Part shown: positions 60,899 through 64,000 of the stretch, in pieces
How positions within the stretch are numbered: position 1 is the stretch's first letter
How the letters are laid out: each line of letters begins with the position of its first letter
NCBI RefSeq assembly: GCF_006345805.1
Contig: NC_043006.1
Coordinates: 85,250,001-85,314,000, forward strand
Direction: 5' to 3'
Source: Octopus sinensis
Lineage: Eukaryota
DNA: 64,000 nt
The notes under the pieces: model-generated
Database searches by the model: none
Told to the model about the DNA's origin: nothing
Seen by the model: the letters and a program-made list of their open reading frames with translations, nothing else
Made by a program: the position numbers and the translations under genes

Positions 60899-61722
60899 CT
60901 AAACAAAAGACAAAGAGACTCAAATGCAATACAATGCCAACATAATACTTTCTTCTCACAGCAACGATGGAAGAGAAATGAAATGGTGCAATGTTAATAC
61001 ACTCTTTGTAGGTCGTTAGTAAAATGATGTGAAGTCCAACAGCTTTAAGTATAAATTAAAACCCGATCACTTGCCGAGAAGCTTGCTTCCCAACCAAATG
61101 GTTCCAGGCTCAGTTCCACTGTATGGCACCTTGGGCAAGTGTCTTCTACTTACAGCGCTGGGACAAATAAAACCTTCAAGAATTTTTAGTTGACTTTTTT
61201 TTTATTTTTATTTTTATTTTTTTTTTTAAGCTTGGTATTTACTCAAAATGGCAGTGCCCCAGCATGGCCACAGCTCATGAGCTGAAACTAGAATCAATCA
61301 ATCAATCAATTCGATTGGTCTATTTGCTGATCTGCAAAGACAATAGTTTAAATGTCATCTCTGCTGGATTTGTGCAAAAGCAGTAATGAACATCACATGC
61401 AGAAAAAGGAAATAAAATACTAAAAGTAAACAACAGATCACACAGCAGCTTTGTAGTCAAGTGTGTTTATGACTCATTGTTAATGGTGTCCCCCACAGCT
61501 GTTGTTTACTTTTGTTTATGGGGGGAAAAAAAGACGGTTTTGCCATGAAACGAGCATGTAATGAAACCAGTATGTCATCTCGTAAATGAGCAAAGCCTAA
61601 GACTCTTTGCAGTTGAGGAAATTACTGACACTATTCATTCCTCAGGTGAAGAGTTTACACTTGCACCAGCAGTGAGAGTGATTCAGACAATCAAACTGGT
61701 GGAAGTTATGAGGAAAGTAACG

Positions 61723-62137
61723 GGATCTTTTCAGTTTGAACGGCAGTTTTTCTAGTGGTGTCATATGAAATTGTCACCCATAATTATGACCCTAGTATCG
61801 ATCTATTGCATTTCAATCTGTTTTAGGGTTAGGGGTGGGGGTGGGGGAAGGGTATCTTTTTTTCTTCAGAAATGTAAATAAACCCAATCTGTTTCTTAAA
61901 TGAGGGACATATTTATACGGCACAGAATGTTTTTACCTCAATAGACGTCATTGATTGGTTGAAATTGCAGAAATTGAAGAAAAAAAACAACAAATATCTT
62001 ACAAACTATAGAATTTTCTCAATAAAGCCAAGAGAAAACGATGTTTTATAAACACATTCTACCAGTATACAAAGTTTAAAAGTGTTTCGTTACGTAGAAA
62101 TTATTTTAAAAAACTGCCATTCAAACCGAAAAGATCC
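61723..62137. mobile_element. TIR MITE of unassigned superfamily
   Basis: About 29-bp TIR GGATCTTTTCAGTTTGAACGGCAGTTTTT / AAAAACTGCCATTCAAACCGAAAAGATCC; TSD not clear. Confidence 0.7.
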
Positions 62138-62578
62138 AAGTAATGATTCTGGTGAAGAAATGCAGTAGTTGAGAGAGAGGCCCATTATTATTATTCTCCT
62201 AAATTTTTTTGTGATTCTGACGATTACTTAACAAATATGGTAGTTGAGAGATAAGCTTATAATTGTTATTCTCCTTAATTTTTTGATAACCCTGACCATC
62301 AGATAGCTTAACAAAAGCAGTAGTTGAGAGTAACGTCTATTATTATTATTTTCCTGGATTTTTTTGTGATTCTGTCCATTAGTTTGACTAAGGTAGTAGA
62401 AAGGCCTATAATTGTTATTCATCAGAATTTTTTTTTTTATTCTGTTCATTGGTTTGCTGTACATGCAACTATTTATTTTTTTTACTCAAAAGCCCAGGTG
62501 GAAAGTTAGACACAGGGGCCCAAGTCTGAAAGGGTTAAACAGCAATAATAATAGAAAATTAACTTCACTTCTACTCAC

Positions 62579-62677
62579 GTGGTCAATGAAGGAAGACAAA
62601 TACTTATTCATTATCTCGTGGGCACGAAGAACATCATGACTGGGACCATTGTTACCATTCTCCATACGGTTACCTCC
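62579..62677 (-). CDS. TMEM67: TMEM67 coding exon: GGNRMENGNNGPSHDVLRAHEIMNKYLSSFIDH
   Basis: Acceptor gttctgttttAG, donor CAC|GTGAGT. 99 nt, phase 0/0. Matches SIKAYHMMNKFLGSFIDH. Confidence 0.94.
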
Positions 62678-63355
62678 CTAAAACAGAACATACAACAGAA
62701 TGGAAAAAAAGACAGTTAATAATGACCTGGCATGCAACAGTTATGTGTATGTGTGTGTTCACATGAGTGTGTATGCTAGTGTGTTATTAATGTGTAAGTT
62801 GTGTGTGTGTGAGTGAGAGTGTATGTTAGTATGTGTGTCATCATCATCATTTTAATGTACTGTCTTTTTCTATGCTTCCATGAGTCAAACGGAATTCACT
62901 GAGATGGAATTACTATGTCACAATGTCTTTGTTGCCAACTCACACCTATTTCCAAGCAAGATAATATTTCCCATGACCAGACATGTTTTTGCAGAATACT
63001 GGAGCCTGTCATGTGTGTGTGTGTGTGTACAGAGTGTACAGATGCACTTCAGCATTCTTGGTCCTTGTCAAAGATGTGTACTAGCAACCATATGCCAGAT
63101 GAGAAACTATGAGGTGCAATGGAGTTAAATCATCAGCTTTGAATGAATATAACTACATACCCAGAGTCCGTCATCCTATTTTTTCACCCAGGCACACGTG
63201 TATAGCATAGTGTAGCGTAGTGTGTTGTAAATACATCCTGCCTGCCTTAAATTTTCAAAAGAATAGTCTGGATAGAAATTTCATTTTGTGACAAAGACAA
63301 AAATAATAAATATCTAAATAAATAATTAAATTATAAATAAATAAATAGAACTCAC

Positions 63356-63478
63356 CTGCTTGAAGGTTACTGGCATCATAATCTGTACGTAGCACGTTCG
63401 TAATTTGTTGGGTAATGACATTTCAAAGGATTGCTGTTCAGTATTGGGGAGCAAGCCTCGCTCACTGCAAAGATCATT
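63356..63478 (-). CDS. TMEM67: TMEM67 coding exon: NDLCSERGLLPNTEQQSFEMSLPNKLRTCYVQIMMPVTFKQ
   Basis: Acceptor ttaccttcatccAG, donor CAG|GTGAGT. 123 nt, phase 0/0. Matches [29 protein letters not shown]. Upstream exons lie beyond the window end. Confidence 0.95.
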
Positions 63479-63894
63479 CTGGATGAAGGTAAATAACAAG
63501 ACTTGTTAAAAAAAAATCAGTCATTCATATTTTACACTGTTTAGAGCATATTTTCGTAGACATTGCCTTTAAATTCTGGGGGAATAAAATATAAAAATTT
63601 GACTATTTAATGTCCTACGCTCCTGGAAATTCAATATCTGTAATATCTGTTCTTTTACTGGCCTCAGTCCTTGGATTATGGCCAAGTTTCAGCACCATCT
63701 TCAAGGGATCTAGTTGATCACCTTGTCCACATCTAATTATTTATGTTTGCATTTAATTTTATCAATTTTTTTTATACATCAAAGAGCAAAGTTATCTTTT
63801 CACAAAAAGGTGCAATGCAACTCAGTGTTTCATAATGGTATATATTCACACTTACACACACACACATGCAATCCAGCTACTATATCTTCCTCAC

Positions 63895-64000
63895 ATTAGC
63901 ACACCAGGCGAAATGCTTAGCGGTATTTTGTCTACCATTACGTTGTAAGTTCAAATTCCGCCGAGGTCGACTTTGCCTTTCATCCTTTCAGGGTCGATTA
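63895..64000 (+). mobile_element. SINE family A, truncated by the window end
   Basis: gttcaaattccgccgaggtcgactttgcctttcatcctttcagggtcgatta. Confidence 0.85.

Noticed and set aside
61561-61755. 64-aa plus-strand ORF within a TMEM67 intron
   Set aside because: Not needed for the TMEM67 frame, no homology recognised, and its end lies in a MITE TIR.

Overview
AT-rich, microsatellite- and SINE-dense animal genomic DNA, very probably from an octopus (inferred from the repeat families and composition; no database check was possible). The window holds the 3' parts of two convergent intron-containing genes. On +, an MTSS1/MIM-family (I-BAR actin regulator) gene contributes four coding exons (6257-6385, 15385-15574, 32205-32333, 42117-43018). 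They splice in frame to a 449-aa C-terminal fragment ending in a WH2-like motif, followed by an apparently ~6.4 kb transposon-poor 3' UTR. The I-BAR exons lie upstream of the window. On -, TMEM67 (meckelin/MKS3) contributes its last five coding exons (63478-63356, 62677-62579, 60898-60796, 55893-55751, 49883-49803); four of the five are missed by the ORF track. Introns are filled with tRNA-derived SINEs, RTE-LINE remnants, piggyBac/hAT/Tc1-mariner MITEs, Helitron-like elements and simple repeats. The most notable observations are: a duplicated amphipathic-helix motif split over two MTSS1 exons (one a frame-symmetric exon with a GC donor); an ActA-like Ena/VASP-binding motif (LPPPPTEEEL) next to the WH2; the tail-to-tail pairing of two actin/cilium genes; long intronic inverted repeats; and a fixed-length element inserted in (TAA)n. 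No prokaryotic systems, CRISPR arrays, rRNA or true tRNA genes were seen. All homology calls are from recalled protein motifs, not searches.
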